From Mustelus asterias (lineage: Eukaryota), in contig NC_135801.1 of the NCBI RefSeq assembly GCF_964213995.1, positions 8,060,001-8,124,000 of the forward strand: 64,000 nt of DNA, in the 5' to 3' direction. Position numbers and translations under genes: made by a program. The notes below the pieces were generated by a model. The model was given only the letters and a program-made list of their open reading frames with translations. It searched no databases and was not told the DNA's origin. Below, in pieces: positions 63,719 to 64,000 of the stretch. Position 1 is the first letter of the stretch; each line of letters begins with the position of its first letter.

Positions 63719-64000
63719 AGGGTGGCACAATGGCATGGGTGGCATAGTGGCATGGATGGCATGGTGGCACAGTGGGTAGCATTGCTGCCTCACAGCGCCA
63801 GGTGCCCGGGTTTGATTCCTGGCTTGAATCACTGTGTGTGTGCAGTTTGCACGTTCTCCCCGTGTCTGCGTGGGTTTCCTCCGGGTGCTCTGGTTTCCTC
63901 CCACAGTCTGAAAGACGTGCTGGTTAGGTGCATTGGCCTTGCTAAATTCTTCCTCAGTGTACCTGAACTAGGGGACTGTGGCGACTAGGGGATTTTCACA
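63719..64000 (+). mobile_element. Alternative-tail SINE, cut by the window end, with a stuttered head
   Basis: Repeated GGTGGCA/ATGGCATGG before the normal head. Confidence 0.85.

Overview
Eukaryotic, repeat-dense vertebrate DNA, almost certainly from a shark or ray, inferred from the abundant HE1-type V-SINEs and their CR1/HER1-type LINE partners. The window appears to lie inside one large gene on the minus strand, an ionotropic glutamate receptor delta (GluD, closest to GRID2). Only two coding exons are visible: 57423-57618 (196 bp) and 25589-25755 (167 bp). They encode consecutive parts of the S2 ligand-binding lobe and are separated by a 31.7 kb intron. The M3 and M4 exons were not found and presumably lie outside the window. 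Nearly all ORFs in the supplied track are by-products of repeats. Repeat content: four SINE families, CR1, L2, Crack/Daphne-like and Rex1/Babar LINE fragments, solo LTRs with target-site duplications, Harbinger-like MITEs and Penelope-like elements. The most notable observations are a cluster of minimal hammerhead ribozyme motifs from three Penelope-like families (mostly on the pre-mRNA strand), an in-frame candidate alternative exon bracketed by inverted repeats, a 976-bp tandem duplication with a chimeric SINE at its junction, and GluD residues that may indicate a distinct paralog. Repeat boundaries were read by eye and are approximate unless a target-site duplication (TSD) is given. Family names and reference protein sequences are from memory, not from a search.
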